A DNA stretch of 64,000 bases, taken from contig OZ024740.1 in NCBI GenBank assembly GCA_964016885.1, forward strand, positions 371,194,001 to 371,258,000, given 5' to 3'. Source of the stretch: Eledone cirrhosa. Lineage: Eukaryota. This document shows, piece by piece, positions 49,487-63,424 of this stretch. The notes under the pieces are model-generated. The model did no database searches. It was given only the letters and a program-made list of their open reading frames with translations, and had not been told where the DNA came from. Numbering within the stretch: the first letter of the stretch is position 1; every line of letters starts with the position of its first letter. A program made the translations under genes and the position numbers.

Positions 49487-51706
49487 TTAATTGTAAGTTG
49501 TGATGTTGCTGTTCCACTCATATTTTCTATTTAATTTTGGTTGTAATTCTTTTATGCTTACTGCCTCTGTAATTTGCCTAAACATTGCATCTTTTCTGTG
49601 TGCGGATTCTATTTTTATTTCTATGTTCTCTAATTTACCCTTGTGCTCTATCTTAGCGTGTTGGTAGAGCACAGATGATTCTTTATTATCTTGAAGGTCT
49701 CGCCAGTGTTCATTTATTCGTTCCCCTATACTACGAGCTGTCTCACCTATGTACACTATATTTTTGTTTCTACATTGTCCTTCAGTACATCTTATGCTAT
49801 ACACTACATTTCTAGTTTTACAGTTAATATGGGGGCTTATTTTACAGGTTATACATTTCTTATCTATACATGAGGGTCTTTGGAACGGGTATGTCTTGCT
49901 AATAAGTGTTTTTACGGAGGTACCTGGTCTTTCTACTATCTTAATATTGAGTTTATGTTTATTTAGGGTCCTTCTAAATTTGTAGGCTAGTTCGCCTCTA
50001 GGGGTTGTATTGATGAACATTACACTCTGGTATTTATTGCTATCATACCATGAGTTTATTCTATTGGCCTTGTTCCTAGTTCTTTCTATTCTATTCCAAA
50101 ATTTGCTCCTATACAAGGGGCAGGTCCCATTTATGTCATTATTTACCATTTTTTCCCATTTGGTTCTGGCTCCTCTATACACTCTGATTCTATCTCTCTG
50201 ATTGTAGCCAGAGAACTGCATACGGTGGATGAAGTGTTGTATGTGTCTCTCTAGTTCTTCGGGGTTGCACATGCGGGACACATTTCTCATCACCCGTACC
50301 AAATCCGCAATCAGTATGTTGATTTTGGTATGGTCTGAAATGGCCGAGTTTCGGTGGATCAGATGTTTGGAAGTCATGGGTTTGGCATAATGGGAATGGA
50401 GGATTTGTTTTTGGTTGTTAATGGTATCTAACCAGAGCTCTGTGTCTAGTACAGGTAATCGATGGTTGGGGTGTCTACTTGGGTAGTCTATAGTAACTCT
50501 AATGCTCTGGTGGATGGAGTTTGCTATTTGCTGGACGCTTTCCATTGTGTTTTTCTCTAGTTCCTGATTGTTCTTTAGTGGGGGTGTCTTAACTACAATG
50601 TTTATATCATCTACGTAGCGGGAGTACATTATCAGGGTTAAGCTGTCTTCTAATTGTTCTTTAAGTTTTTGTTTAAGTCTACTGTCCCACCATACCATGA
50701 ATAAGTTAGCTATGTCGCCTGCAATGCTAACACCAATGGCTGCTCCTTCCTCTTGGGCATATGTTTTACCATTAAATTTGAACATATGTTCCTTAAGGGT
50801 TAATTTTATGCTGGCCCCTACCGCATGTGCAATCATTTTCTTCAGTTCATCGTGGTTTTCGGGTGTCCGTATGGCTCTGGTCCACCCGTTCCATCTATCT
50901 GTGTGGGTTTTCTTGGCCATTGAGGTAATGGTAGGTGGTCTGCCTCTTGCTGGTCTTGTAGGGCACAGGTTGCTAAGGTCATAAGTGTCTAGGTAACTAT
51001 TACTATGGGTAAGCTTAAGTAGAATTCCCAGCTCACTGGTATCAATCCCACGGAACTCAACCTTGCTCTCGCTGATCATTTCTACGCATTTCTCCACAGC
51101 AAAATCCACGTCAATAGATGGATACAGGGACACAACATCCATACTGCCTATTATGCAGTCTGTTAGGTCCCCAGATCGGTTACTCACGCCGATTCTGCTG
51201 AGGAGGTCCTCCGTGCTGTCACATACATCTGGGGACATCTCAATGATGGGGCGTATGATCAGGGAGAGGAAGTAGGACAGTCTGTAGTTACTAGCAATGT
51301 TAGCTCCACAGACTGGCTGTGTTGGTGGTCCCGCGACAGGGTCACAGCCCATTTTATGGTCTTTTCGAAGCCCATACAACGCCGGCACGTCATTGTTCCA
51401 GGCCTGGAAGTTGTTGGCAGTCCTTTTGTTGGGCTGCATTATATTCGTCCACATCACCATATGGGCATTGAGGGCTTTTTCTCTATCCTCATGCTCCTGT
51501 GGTGTTATCTCTCTTGTGTTAGTGATGTGGGGTTGCATTGCCTGGATGTAGTTTGGCAGGCTGTCAACCGACATTGTGCCAGACTTGTCTGTTGGAAAGC
51601 ATGCTATCTCTCCATTACGTGAGCGCTGCATGAGCTTACGCAAGCCATTTGCAGATTTTTCTCCCAGTTGCTGGGCCTCTATTCTATTATACTTCTTTCT
51701 ATACTC
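49487..51706 (-). CDS. PLE reverse transcriptase + C-terminal GIY-YIG endonuclease
   Basis: PTDKSG, LYGLRKDHK, GSMDVVSLYPSI, GAAIG, YSRYVDD, LPVLDTELW, then C..KCITC...NVVYSIRC...VYIGETAR...RINEH...LNRKYEW. Confidence 0.92.
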   Translation of the reverse strand, partial: EYRKKYNRIEAQQLGEKSANGLRKLMQRSRNGEIACFPTDKSGTMSVDSLPNYIQAMQPHITNTREITPQEHEDREKALNAHMVMWTNIMQPNKRTANNFQAWNNDVPALYGLRKDHKMGCDPVAGPPTQPVCGANIASNYRLSYFLSLIIRPIIEMSPDVCDSTEDLLSRIGVSNRSGDLTDCIIGSMDVVSLYPSIDVDFAVEKCVEMISESKVEFRGIDTSELGILLKLTHSNSYLDTYDLSNLCPTRPARGRPPTITSMAKKTHTDRWNGWTRAIRTPENHDELKKMIAHAVGASIKLTLKEHMFKFNGKTYAQEEGAAIGVSIAGDIANLFMVWWDSRLKQKLKEQLEDSLTLIMYSRYVDDINIVVKTPPLKNNQELEKNTMESVQQIANSIHQSIRVTIDYPSRHPNHRLPVLDTELWLDTINNQKQILHSHYAKPMTSKHLIHRNSAISDHTKINILIADLVRVMRNVSRMCNPEELERHIQHFIHRMQFSGYNQRDRIRVYRGARTKWEKMVNNDINGTCPLYRSKFWNRIERTRNKANRINSWYDSNKYQSVMFINTTPRGELAYKFRRTLNKHKLNIKIVERPGTSVKTLISKTYPFQRPSCIDKKCITCKISPHINCKTRNVVYSIRCTEGQCRNKNIVYIGETARSIGERINEHWRDLQDNKESSVLYQHAKIEHKGKLENIEIKIESAHRKDAMFRQITEAVSIKELQPKLNRKYEWNSNITTYN

Positions 51707-51870
51707 ATCATCATCATCATCATCAACGTTTAACGTCCGTGTTCCACACTTGCATGGGTTTGGACGGGGGTATTCCCACTTGAGGCAAGAGTGATTGTCT
51801 TGCTCGCATAGGACTGTCTGGCAGGTTTTCTACAGTTGGATGCCCTTCCTAACACCAACCGCATTTACAG
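51707..51870 (-). mobile_element. Short RTE family A 3' tail inserted into the PLE3 ORF
   Basis: ctgtaaatgcggttggtgttaggaagggcatcc...ggacgttaaacgttgatgatgat on the minus strand. Removing it rejoins the PLE frame. Confidence 0.92.
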
Positions 51871-54800
51871 TTCTATAATATTTCTAAGTTCGGATTTAGC
51901 TATACTAAATTGTGCTTCTGTTTGTTCATCGACCTGCGACGGCAACTGCGTGCGTTTGTTAAATGGCAAAGTCGTGGCGTGGACTCGTCGCAGGTCGAAT
52001 GATTTATCGGAGGGATTATAAAACGGAGAGTTCCAGGCTGCTGCTTTATGTGTACTAGTGCTATTGTTATTGTTAGTTGTGTTGTTTCTATTTCTATTTC
52101 CACCAACAGCCTCATGGTTGTTTCTATGTCTCTCATAATTACTCCTGTCTCTTTCCACTGGCTTAATGTTGTTATCTACCCTATTTTGTGTGTCTGTGTG
52201 TTCGTCTTGGTTATTCTCTTTGTCCTTAGTCTCCCATCTCCTTTTCCTTTTAATCTTACTACTTTCCCTTATTTCTCTGATTTCTCTGCTACTGTCATTA
52301 CTTGTTTTCTGTGTCTGTGTGTTTGTTAAGATTGTGGTGGTGGTGAGAGGCATTGAATGCGTGTGTGTTGTTGTTGTTGATGTGTGCTGTTGTTGACGTG
52401 TGTTGTTGTTGTCTCCGTGTGTGTTATCGTTGTTGTGTGTGTTGTTATTGTTGTTTGTGTCTGCGTGTCTGTTGTTGTTGTTTCTGGGTATGTTGCTATT
52501 GTTGTTGTTGTTGATGTGTGTGTTGTTGTTATTGTTGTTTGTGTCTGTGTGTCTGTTGTTGTTGGGATGTGTGTTGTATATGTGTGTGCGTATATTGTTG
52601 CTTTTGTTTTTGATGCTCCAGCGTAGTTTTGTAAATGATTTTTCTATTTCTGACAGACAACTAATCATATTTACCTTCTTGAATGTCGCAAATTTGGGCG
52701 GCAGACATAACACAGACATTTCATCATTATCTATTTTAGCGTTCCCATAAATGTTGGTGTTTTTGTTGTTGAACTCTTCTGATAATGAGGTGTCGGCCAT
52801 GTTGATACCGTCAATTTCGTCAATTACCGTCAATTTTGTATATATATATATATATATATATATATACGTAATACAGAGACAAGGAAAAAAAGTCTGAGTA
52901 AGAGAAGCAAAATTATTTGCTATACAATCATTAAAGTAAAAATAAATTGACAATTTTGTTTTACTTTCCTGGAATTATGAGGATATAAGGAAATAGAAAT
53001 AGAAGCAGATTTCTAATATATCAGGATGGAATTTGTGTAGAGGAGCTCTAACAGTGATTGATATAAACATATACAACAACATAGAAACAAGAAAAGTGAA
53101 AGTATATATTATACAAATGTTAAAACAAGCAAAATCAAGAGAACATTTTAAAGAATTTTCTCATAAAGCAGCTGGGGTCTTGATGCTGTCGAGTGAAGTG
53201 AATTAGTTTGGTGTTTTAGAAATAATTTTTAAATCATGGCAAGTTTAATCAAAATTTTTAATTACTTGCATCAGTGAAATCTTAATATCATTTTTAGTTT
53301 CAAGAATAAATTAAAATCAATATGAACTATGAAAATATTAAAAATTTAGATTTTCAGTGGACCTCAATGTTTATTTTTTTTGCCTGATAATTGCTGTCAC
53401 CAAAAAATATAAATGAAATAAAATAAAATATTTTTACTGGTTTCAATCATCTGACTGCGACCATGCTGGGGCACCAGCTTAATTTAGGGGATTATATTGT
53501 CTTCAGTATTTATTTTTTCAAGTATTGCACCTATTCACAGATCTCTTTTCTGTTGAATTGCTAAGTTACATGATATAAACAGACACAAATGTAATGACAC
53601 AGATACACACATGGAAGGCTTCTGCTGTTTATGTCCAACAAATTTCACTCACAAATCATTAGTGAAGTTGTGCCTATAGTAGAAGACACTCATGGTGCTG
53701 CACAGTGGGTCTAAACTCAGATTCATAGGGTTGCAAAGTAAACTCTTTAACTACATTTCCATGCCTGTAGTTGATTATTCATTAGTCATTAAAATTTGCT
53801 AGGTAAGTTAAGTTATAAAAGAAAAAAAATATTTATTATTATATGTACGTATAGTATTTGATAATATACTGTATGTTTATTTCAAAACATTTTGAAGACC
53901 ATTCGCTATAAATTTTAAAGTAGTGACTACGTCACGTACTTAGTCTCGGCAAAAGCAAAGAGGAGTAATCGATGGTAGTACCATTTCTCACTTGTAAATG
54001 GTTGTCAAGACTATATACCCCTTCACTTCTGCTGAGAGTGATAGAAGCTGGATTCTTATAGAATTCCAGTTATGCTTATGAGCTGTTTAAACTCATTAAC
54101 AAACAGAACAGTTGCCAACTCAGAGTTTGTTATGGGTAATTTTATCAGAAGGGCTAGATATTATACGCTGTCCTGTATTCTATGCTGTATAATGCATCGA
54201 TGAGGGAGCCTATACATGGTCACTCAATTTGCTGGAAATACCAACCAAGCCTCAAATCAAGCTTAACTGTTTTGAAACAGGAAAGACATGTAGTGTAAGT
54301 TCTGTGTAGTTTTAAGATTGTTAATTATTTCACTAATAAAAAGCTATTTGTAATATAACTTAATAAAGGTTCTTGTGTAAGATTATGTTGGAAGATTTTG
54401 ATTTAAATAGGATTCCTTTAAAATGAATGGTTTTGTTTCATAGAACCAGAAGTGGTTTTGGTGAGGTTGGTTTGTATGAAAAAGGTTAAGTATCTATTCC
54501 ACAGGCAGAGTGTGATATCAGTGATGAGATAGAAACCCTTGAATCATTAGCTGGCAATTTGATATCCTATTTGATATCTTATTGTGACTTTCAATATAGC
54601 ATAGTAAGTAAAATGTGATTTTATTTTTGGCCCACTACTGTGGTTTGTATTTTCAGTAATTATATTCAAGTTTTTGCTGCAGGCCACTACAAAATAGATT
54701 TTGAAAACAATAAAGAAACTCATATAATAAATTCAATGTAAGCCTTCAATTGACTTTATACATACACATGCTGGTGTTTACCATATGCATATGCATGTGC

Positions 54801-57553
54801 ATGAATGTGGTGTATATATATATATATATATGTACATGCACACACATGTATGTGTGAATATAAAGAAAGAGAGAGAGTGAAAGAGGGAGAGAGAATATTG
54901 ATTTCTTTCATATATGCAATGCCAGTTTTTGCAGGTATAGCGAATATAGTTGATTGAATTGTTTCACCCACCCACCCCCTGACAAATATCGTATTAGTAT
55001 TTATTTTATTGACTCTGGAATCATGAAAGTGAAAAAAATCAACCCAGTGTGATTTGAACCAGAATTTAGAAGGATGAGACTATTTACTTTAAAGCACTTA
55101 ATTGAACAATAGCAAAAATGTAAGCAAACAAAACAAAACAAAATGTAAACAACAACTCAAATACTATAATAAATAATAAAATTATAGTATGTGTGTTTGC
55201 CTTGGGGCTTTTTATTGTATTGGCTCTTGCTGACATGGACCATCTCTCACTAGTCTCCTCGAATTTTAGTGATTATATTTTAATTCAATACTCTAGCTAG
55301 CAGGGAAAAACGGATGTGAAATGATGATGATGATTCTATTATTTCTGCTAACATGCTGTCTTTTAACAGACAAAATATTACAAGGTAGATTTTAATATTT
55401 TTATGATAAAGGGTGATGCATTGTGGACAAAATGTGCTGGTATTTAGTAACATCTCTTTGTACATTTTGAGTTCAAATCTCACTGTGGTTGATTATATCT
55501 TTCATTCTTTTTTTTTGGTGTGTGTGAATGGTGGATCAATGAAATAACTTCCTATCATTTATTAAAGTTGAATATATTGATTATACCTCTTTGCCATCAA
55601 AAAGACAATTCTGGTCTTCTGCCTATGTTAAAAATCAGTAGTTTTATGTTATTGTATTGCTAGCATGGTGAGTTGTCAGAAATGAAAGTAACAAATTAAA
55701 TAGTGTAGACAACATTAGTTTTCAAATCGGTAATTGTATTTTTTATATTACCGTGTTTCTAATAGAAAACATTGCTTATGATTGTCAAATAAATTGAAAA
55801 TAATCAAGAATTTGGAGTGATTTAGTAATATTTCTCATTAAGTTGATCATTTAGTAATATTTCTTGTTATTAAGTTTGTGTTTGGAACATAACAAAGGTT
55901 CTTATATGCAATTATGATGGGAGATTTTTAGTTAAGTATAAACACTTTAAAACAGACAGTTTTACTTATAGAACCATACCATCTCCACACAAGAAGAACC
56001 AGTACGCAACTAAATTTTTCAAGTTGCTACAAATGAAATCTCCAATGATCTCTTAGCAAAATTGTATCCCAAAGCATAGGTTTTCTCTTCAGGGCTAGAA
56101 AATGCTTTGAATCTGATCAGTTACTGTCCAACTGCAATGCTCGAGTTTGCCTATATTGGATTACATTTAGTAGTTACTCCACACCTAAACATCCTAGTTA
56201 ACATTTAAATGTTAACCAATGGATCATATGTATGTTGTTTCTTCTTTCTACTTCTTTTACAGTTACTACTATGGCTTCTGCTTCTCTGAATTATGTATCT
56301 GCATATCCTTCTCCAGTACTACTTGACATACGTTCCTTCTTCAACATCCCTACTCTGTGTCACCCAACCCCAGATCCTGCACTAAACACTGTTCAAATCT
56401 TCATCACCACAGTTGTTACCTTAGTGGAATACTCTTGCTGCCCATTTTTTACTGCACATGATTACCTGTGGCTGATGAGTTGGGAAGAGTCAGCAAAGGT
56501 CATAAATATTATCTCTTCTTAACTTAGTGACAAATACCTAAAAAATTATACACCTGGGTTTTGTGGCATAGGGGATAAAAAGCATTTGAATAGTTTGTGA
56601 AATAAAGCATTATTAGTTCAATTTTAGTCTCTTGAGTGCATGATAAATGAAGGTGAAACAAAAAAAAAAAAATTGTAAGCAAGTTGAAAGCTTTTTTCTA
56701 TCAGTACAATGAAAATATATGGTTGTATTGGCAGAGTTGTCAGAGCATCATATAAAATGTCTTTCCATATTTGTTTTTAGTTCAAATCTCACCAAGTTCA
56801 ACTTTGCTTTTCACTCTTCTGGGAGTTGGTAGAATAAAGTACCAGTCAAGAGCAGTGGATTGATGGAATTTTTAGAGCATTGAAGGAAATACTCTGAGAT
56901 ATTTTTTCTTTGTTATTTTCTGTTTTATCTTCTAAGTACCTCAGTATGACAAACTTGTTTTAGATTGGAAGATAGTGTCTTTTAAAGAATACCCAAAGAA
57001 AGCTAACAGGAAATTGCCTCTGTATTATTCATAGAAAATTCCATGACAAGGACATAATGCTTGTCAAGGAATTACCTAATGGTCATTCGTTGACCTTATG
57101 GCATAGATGAATAATAATTTTAAAGTTTCAGATACATTTAAAAAAAATCAGGTATATAGGTTGACTGCCTCATATTTATTTTCTTTACAATAGAAAAAGT
57201 GTTGAAAAAGTGTTGAAGTTGGTATTTAATCAAAGTTAACTTTACTTTCCACCTTTTCCAGTGTTGATAAAAATAAATCACAGTAGTATACTATTATTTA
57301 CTCATTTGACCACATCCTCCCTTACATATTTATAGACCCATGCCTACATAAAAAAAAACAATATGATATTGTTAACTTAAGTGATTGTCATCTATATATT
57401 GTTATCTATATATTGTTATATAATAAGCCTCCATGTTAAAGGTTAACAACAAATTTCAGTAACAATGAAGTCACCTACAAACCATGATCAGATCAAGATT
57501 TCAATTACCATGACAGGAATTTAGTTACTTTGTGTGTTCTTGTGTATGTATGT

Positions 57554-57584
<31 letters not shown>

Positions 57585-58180
57585 TGACATGTGCAAGTAG
57601 ATGTATTTAAGGACGGGCTAATTCAGTTGAAAATATTAAGATATCAAAGATATTATCAAAAGTGACAGTTCTAAATTGACAAGGTAGAAGGAGGTTATAA
57701 GATATGATTAACAAGTGTTTAATAGAGTCAATATATGGAAATGTTTAGAGGGAATTTTAGAGGCTAAAAGTGCAAGTTAAATTGGGAGAATCTATAAAGA
57801 GTAATTGGAATCAGATCATCACAATTTCATTTCATGTTATGTTATAATTAGGGCTGGGACAGCTGAAGTCAACTGTTCTTTCTTTTAGATGTAAACATCA
57901 TCATCATCATTATTCCATGTTGGCATGGGTTGGATGTGAGCAACTGTCCTCCTAGACAGGCCAGGGACCACATCATAATTTGGCCCTTCTAATCCCTAAT
58001 TACAGAATGTACTGGGTGCATTTTATCATAGCACCAATACATGGCAGATTGTCATATCCTTAACACAACTGAAGGATCCTCTTTGCGTTTTATTTGCTTG
58101 GTTTCAAAGGCTTGATACCCTTCCTAATGCCAACTACTTTTCAGAGTGTCCTAAGTGCATTTTATCATAGTGCAAGCACT

Positions 58181-58600
58181 TTAACCTTTTAGCATTTACA
58201 TTACTCTATGTATGCTATTATATTTTCACAGTAAAGGCTTTACTGCATATAATTATCTCACATAATATCACATCTATAAGATTTTGATATTATTTATTTT
58301 GAGAACAATACCTTAACATCAGTATGAGTGGCCAGTTACAGCCAGTTTAAACAGAAAGAGGTGAGAGAATTCTGGCTGGATGTGGCCGGTTTAACCTTAT
58401 AGCATTTACATTACTCTATATATACTATTGTATTTTCGTGGTAAAGGCATTATCTCACATAATATCAAATCAGTGAGATTTTGATATTATTTATTTTGAA
58501 AATGATACTTTAACATCAGTATAAGTGGCCAGTTATGATCAGTTTGAACAGAAAGAATTGGGAGAAATCTGGGCAGATACAGCCTGTTTAAAGGATTAAG
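58181..58600. repeat. Tandem ~210-bp duplication of a MITE-like unit starting TTAACC
   Basis: ttaacctt.tagcatttacattactctat at 58181 and 58391, with colinear similarity beyond. Confidence 0.7.
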
Positions 58601-58903
58601 CTGTCTTTAATTTTGGTTGTATTGATCTTGGCAGTTCAGACTTGACTGACAGAACATATATGTGACATACCATACAAAAAATGAACTGATCAGTTTGGTA
58701 TGTATAAATGTTTAGGTCACACTAACTTTGTGGCTAAAATGTCAAGTCAAAAATAGGAACATATGGTCATCAAAGAGAGTTGTGGTTTAAAGAACTTGTT
58801 AGATTTCTCCAGTCATCAAGCCCTACAAATAAACTCTTTAATATCTTGCTCAACTTTTGCTGATTTGTGATTATTTGTGAAACTTTCAGTGCTAGAAACT
58901 TTG

Positions 58904-59346
58904 TTTAATCCTTTCATGACTCCATTTCTAATGAAATACACTCTATTTCCATTATTCAATGATGAATTTTGAGGGATTTACTTAAATTATTAAGATAGGC
59001 GGTGAATTGGCAGTATCGGTAGAGGGTCGGACGCCATGCTTTCTAGCATAGTTACGTCCCTTTACATTCTGAGTTCAAATCCTGCCGAGGTTAACTTTGC
59101 CTTTCATCCTTACGGGGTCAATAAAATAAAGTACCAGCAATGCACTGGGTAATTGCTGGCCTTGTGCCTAAAGTAGAAACAATTATTAACATAGTATTTG
59201 CTCAATACTTATGGATAGTAACTTGTATGGTTCTTATATAAAATTATGTTGGAAGATTTTAATTTAAATTGGAAAGCTTTGAAATTGGTGGTTTTATTTC
59301 ATAGAACGTGAGCCAGATTTGATCAGGTTGGTAACACAAGGGTTAA
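58904..59346. mobile_element. Probable TTAA-flanked MITE interrupted by a SINE
   Basis: ttaatcctttc...acaagggttaa ends. Inverted similarity to 16606-16858. Confidence 0.5.
58998..59187 (+). mobile_element. tRNA-derived SINE family 2 (best copy)
   Basis: GGCGGTGAATTGGCAGTATCGG (A-box-like), GAGTTCAAATCC (B box), central gcctttcatccttacggggtcaataaaataaagtaccag. From recall this resembles conserved SINE central domains. Confidence 0.87.
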
Positions 59347-59422
59347 GAAGTGAATGTATTTATCAAAATAGAATGTCTATCAATATATATTAGACTGATG
59401 ACTACACTATATATATATATAT

Positions 59423-61853
59423 ATCATCATCATCATCATTGTTTAACGTCCATCTTCCACGCTTGCATGGGTTTGGATGGGAGTTTTCCCACTTGAGGCA
59501 AGATTTGTTGTCCTGCTCGTATAGGACTGTCTGGCGGGTTTCTACGGCTGGATGCCCTTCCTAACACCAACCACGTTTACAGTGTGGACTGGGAGGTTTT
59601 TACCGTGTTACCTACACGGCCACATTACAGCGTGGACTGCGTGTTTTTTTGTCGTGACACCTACACGACCTCATTTGTTTCGGACTGGATGTTGTGGTAC
59701 GAACATAACTTCACATTTAAGGGGGTGGTGTGGATGGGGTGGGTGGTGCGGTGGTGGTGTATTTTGTTAGAGGTGCCTACTGACTGTAGGTTTTGCTTTG
59801 TACTTAGGCAAGGCGGGTCTTCTGTATGACTGTGTAGCGCCAAAGATCTCGGTCCAGTGACATTGTCTTGGAGAGGTGTAAGTGTGTGAGGTCGGAATTT
59901 ATCAAGTCGTCCCAGGTTTTTCTGGGTCTGCCTACTCCGTGGCTACCGTCTATTTTGATTGCCCTGCACTTTTTTATACAGCTGTCGTCTTTCATGCGCA
60001 TCACGTGACCGTACCAACGTAGTCTTCTCTCGAGTAAACAACATCTGATCCCTCTTATTCCTAATTTCTCACTTAGTTTGTTTATGCTTTGCCGTTCACG
60101 TATATTACTATTACACATCCAGCGGAGCATGCAAGCTTCGTTTCTCTCCAGTCTGCGTATATCCTCTGCACACAATGCCCAGGTCTCACTGCCATGTAAC
60201 ATTGCTGTTCGTATGCAGGCATCATTTTTCATTTTTAGAGAGAACCCTTTAGCGGCCAATAGTGGTATAAGCTCTCTGAACTTTTTCCATCCCGTTCTGA
60301 CTCTGGCTACTGTACTTTCAGAGCACCCTCCCCCACTGCTGATTTTGTCACCCAGGTAACGGAAGGTGTCCACTATTTCTATAGAACCATCTGTGCAATG
60401 GAATAAGCTAGTATTCTGTGGGCACTTGCTGCTACTTATTGCACCAGAGCACCGGCCACATATAAAATCTATATTCTTAGTTAGCTTACCTGTGATCCCA
60501 CTACATCTTTTATGCACCCATACTTTGCATTTGGGACATAAAATGGAGTTTCTGCCTACTCCTTTCCTACACACTGAGCATGGCCATTTCCCAGATGGGA
60601 CCAGTGCCCTATTTTCCTTCCTACAAACTAGAACTTTAGTCTTAGACAAGTTAACTTTAAGGCCTTTTGATTCTAGGCCATGCTTCCATGTTTGGAATTC
60701 CTTCTCTAGTTCAGCCATTGATTCAGCTATGAGCGTTAGATCATCTGCATATAGGAGTCTGCAGCCGGTCTTGAACTCCTCTGTTATAGCCTGAAGGGCA
60801 ATAATAAATAGTAGGGGGCTAAGAACGGAGCCCTGATGAACACCAACTTTTACGCTAAACTCTTCACTATATTCGTTGTTAATTCTAACCTTGCTGACTG
60901 TTTCTTTATACATGGCTTGTATAGCTCTCACAAGCCATTCATCAACACCTAGTTTTCTAAGCGCCTACCAGATAATGGAGCGGGGGACTCTGTCAAAGGC
61001 TTTCTCCAAGTCAACAAAAGCTAAGTATAGGGGTTTACTTTTAGCTAGGTACTTCTCCTGTAGACTGTCTTTCTCCCATTTATTCTCCTCATTTAGTAGC
61101 TTTTCGTAGTGACACTTCCAAGCTACCTTCTTATCAGCGTCAGTGATGGCAAGTACACCATCATCATTAAGGACACACTTCTCCCCGACAATATCACGGT
61201 TTTCCTTGACACATTGCCTAGCAATCCTGAACACCTCACCTTTTTGGTCCTCGCGTTGTAGAACATGCTTGAATTTTCTTTCCTCTGCTTCTCTTCTTGC
61301 GAAGTACACTTGTCTCCTAGCTTCCCTCCTGGCCACTTGATAGTCTTCTCTACTTCCCCCATCCCGCCATACTTTCCAAGCCTGCTTTTTGGCCTTAATT
61401 GACTCCTCCACCTTACTATTCCACCACCACGTTACTCTCCTCCTGCCTATAGGCCTGCTCCAGCCACAGACTTCATCTGCCGCCTTCAGCAGGTTAGCTT
61501 TCAGGAATTCCCACTATTCCTCTATATTGTACGCCTCTAATTGTTCTTCCTTACTGTTGAAAGCATCAAGTAATATGCTTTTAAAGTTATTACTGACTGT
61601 GGGGTCCTTTAGCTTCCATATTTTTCTCCTGAGGATAGTCCTTCTCTGTTGTCGAATACGTCTTGTCCTGACTATGAGGTCGCTGACTATGAGTCTATGT
61701 TGGGAGGTGCATTCTTCATGGGGGAGGGATTTAGTGTTTACAACAGACACTGTATCACGTCTTCTGGTAAGGATATAATCTATCTGACTGGCGTGTTCCC
61801 CTGATCTATAGGTGATCAAGTGATTGTCTCGTTTTTTGAAGTTAGTGTTACAG
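59423..61853 (-). mobile_element. RTE-clade LINE, family A variant, reaches into the endonuclease, internally deleted
   Basis: ITYRSGEHASQIDYIL (EN end), EKDSL|QEKYLAK deletion junction, premature stops, RT end + PHD-type finger + KTRLA, 3' UTR and tail. Confidence 0.95.
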
Positions 61854-61886
61854 ATATATATATATATATATTTTTGAAGTTAGTGT

Positions 61887-61955
<69 letters not shown>

Positions 61956-62944
61956 TGCTAGCATGGAAGATAGACTTTAAACGATGACGATGATATATAT
62001 ATATATATATTCACACACACATAAATACATACATATATATGTATATTTGTGTTTATATCTCTAGGAGAAATTTGAAAGCCATAACAATACAGTTTTTAAG
62101 GTAGCAAAGTTGTATTTTTTCTTGTATAATGTTTCAGTCTTCAGAGAACATTGTTAAATAATAAGATCAAAATATTATGTAAGAGAATAAAGTACTTTGT
62201 TTTATTAGAAATGGCTTCCAAATTTCTGTTCAATTTTATACATCCATTCTTTGAAAATATGTCACAGTACAATTTAAAAAAAAATCATCATCAGAGCTTT
62301 AGCCACCGCAATCTTTCCACTTTAATAGAGTGGAAGTGGTTGCCTAAGAGGAAAGCGATACTATGATTGGTCTTCCACATTCTTATAACAGTGCAGTATA
62401 GCTGATTTTGAAAGAGAGAGGGAAAGATTAACCAAATATCTATAATAGCCTGTTCAGTTTTTAAATTTGAATTTTGTGCTGTATTCCCTGTGAATGGTCA
62501 GGATTGGCTTACCTCCTCTTTGGTGTCAAGTTACATGCCATTTAAAGTCAAGATTATTACTACACTAGCCGATATCCATCGAAGTGGTGTGGTGTATAAC
62601 TAATCAGAACTCTCCATTCCAGGGAGGCTAATCCCTGCAGAAGATGCGACAAGCCCCTTATGTAATGTTTACTAACACTATAAAATTTCTGCACATGGTA
62701 GTTCCATTCAGACTGCCACAAGCAGATCAGAGCCACAGAAACTAATGCATTTGCCAGAACATCAAATTTCCTACCCACATGAAACCATTTTTCTCACTAA
62801 TTAACATATAAGTGTACACTCTAATTTTTGGGGGTTGCTATCTTAATGATACAGACTTAATTAAATTATTGAGCGAATGAGAAAACGACTGATGTTGTAC
62901 CGGTCCTATTCAATAGCTTTGTTTCATTATTATTATCTTGCCAT

Positions 62945-63065
62945 TCTGAGTTCAAATCCCACCGAGGTTAACTTTGCCTTTCATCCTTACGAGGTCGATA
63001 ACATAAAGTACCAGTAATGTACTGAGTAATTGCTGGCCTTGTGCCAAAAGTAGAAACAATATTAT
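62945..63065 (+). mobile_element. SINE family 2, 5'-truncated
   Basis: ttctgagttcaaatcccaccgaggttaactttgcctttcatcc...agtagaaacaatatta. Confidence 0.85.
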
Positions 63066-63424
63066 AAAATATATATATATATATATATATACACAAAAAA
63101 GGATACCCAATACAGTCAGTAAAGTGGTAGTGCTTGTGTTACGAAAAAATTCCTTTAAACACCCTGTGAAGTGGTTGGCATCTGGCTACAGAAACCATGT
63201 CAAATATGGAACCCATCCAACCCATACCAGCATGGAAAGCAGACATAAAATGATGGGAAGGAAGATTCATATATATATATATGAAAAGATTCAGGACCCC
63301 GATGGCTGAGCTCTGGCTGTTTCGACAGCTAGATACCCATTCTACTACCCCAATTATCGAGTACTCTGGTGCGTTATGTTCACCTGCTATCTTACCACAC
63401 CCTCTTTGTTATATATATTATGTG

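Larger units (their letters stand above)
49063..52838 (-). mobile_element. Penelope-like element 3, near-complete ORF + 3' pLTR, 5'-truncated at (TA)n, interrupted by an RTE tail
   Basis: N-terminal part 52838-51871 (VLCLPPKFA...EIEKSFTKLRW, Asn/Thr-rich), RT + GIY-YIG 51706-49487, hammerhead in the 3' region. Confidence 0.93.
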
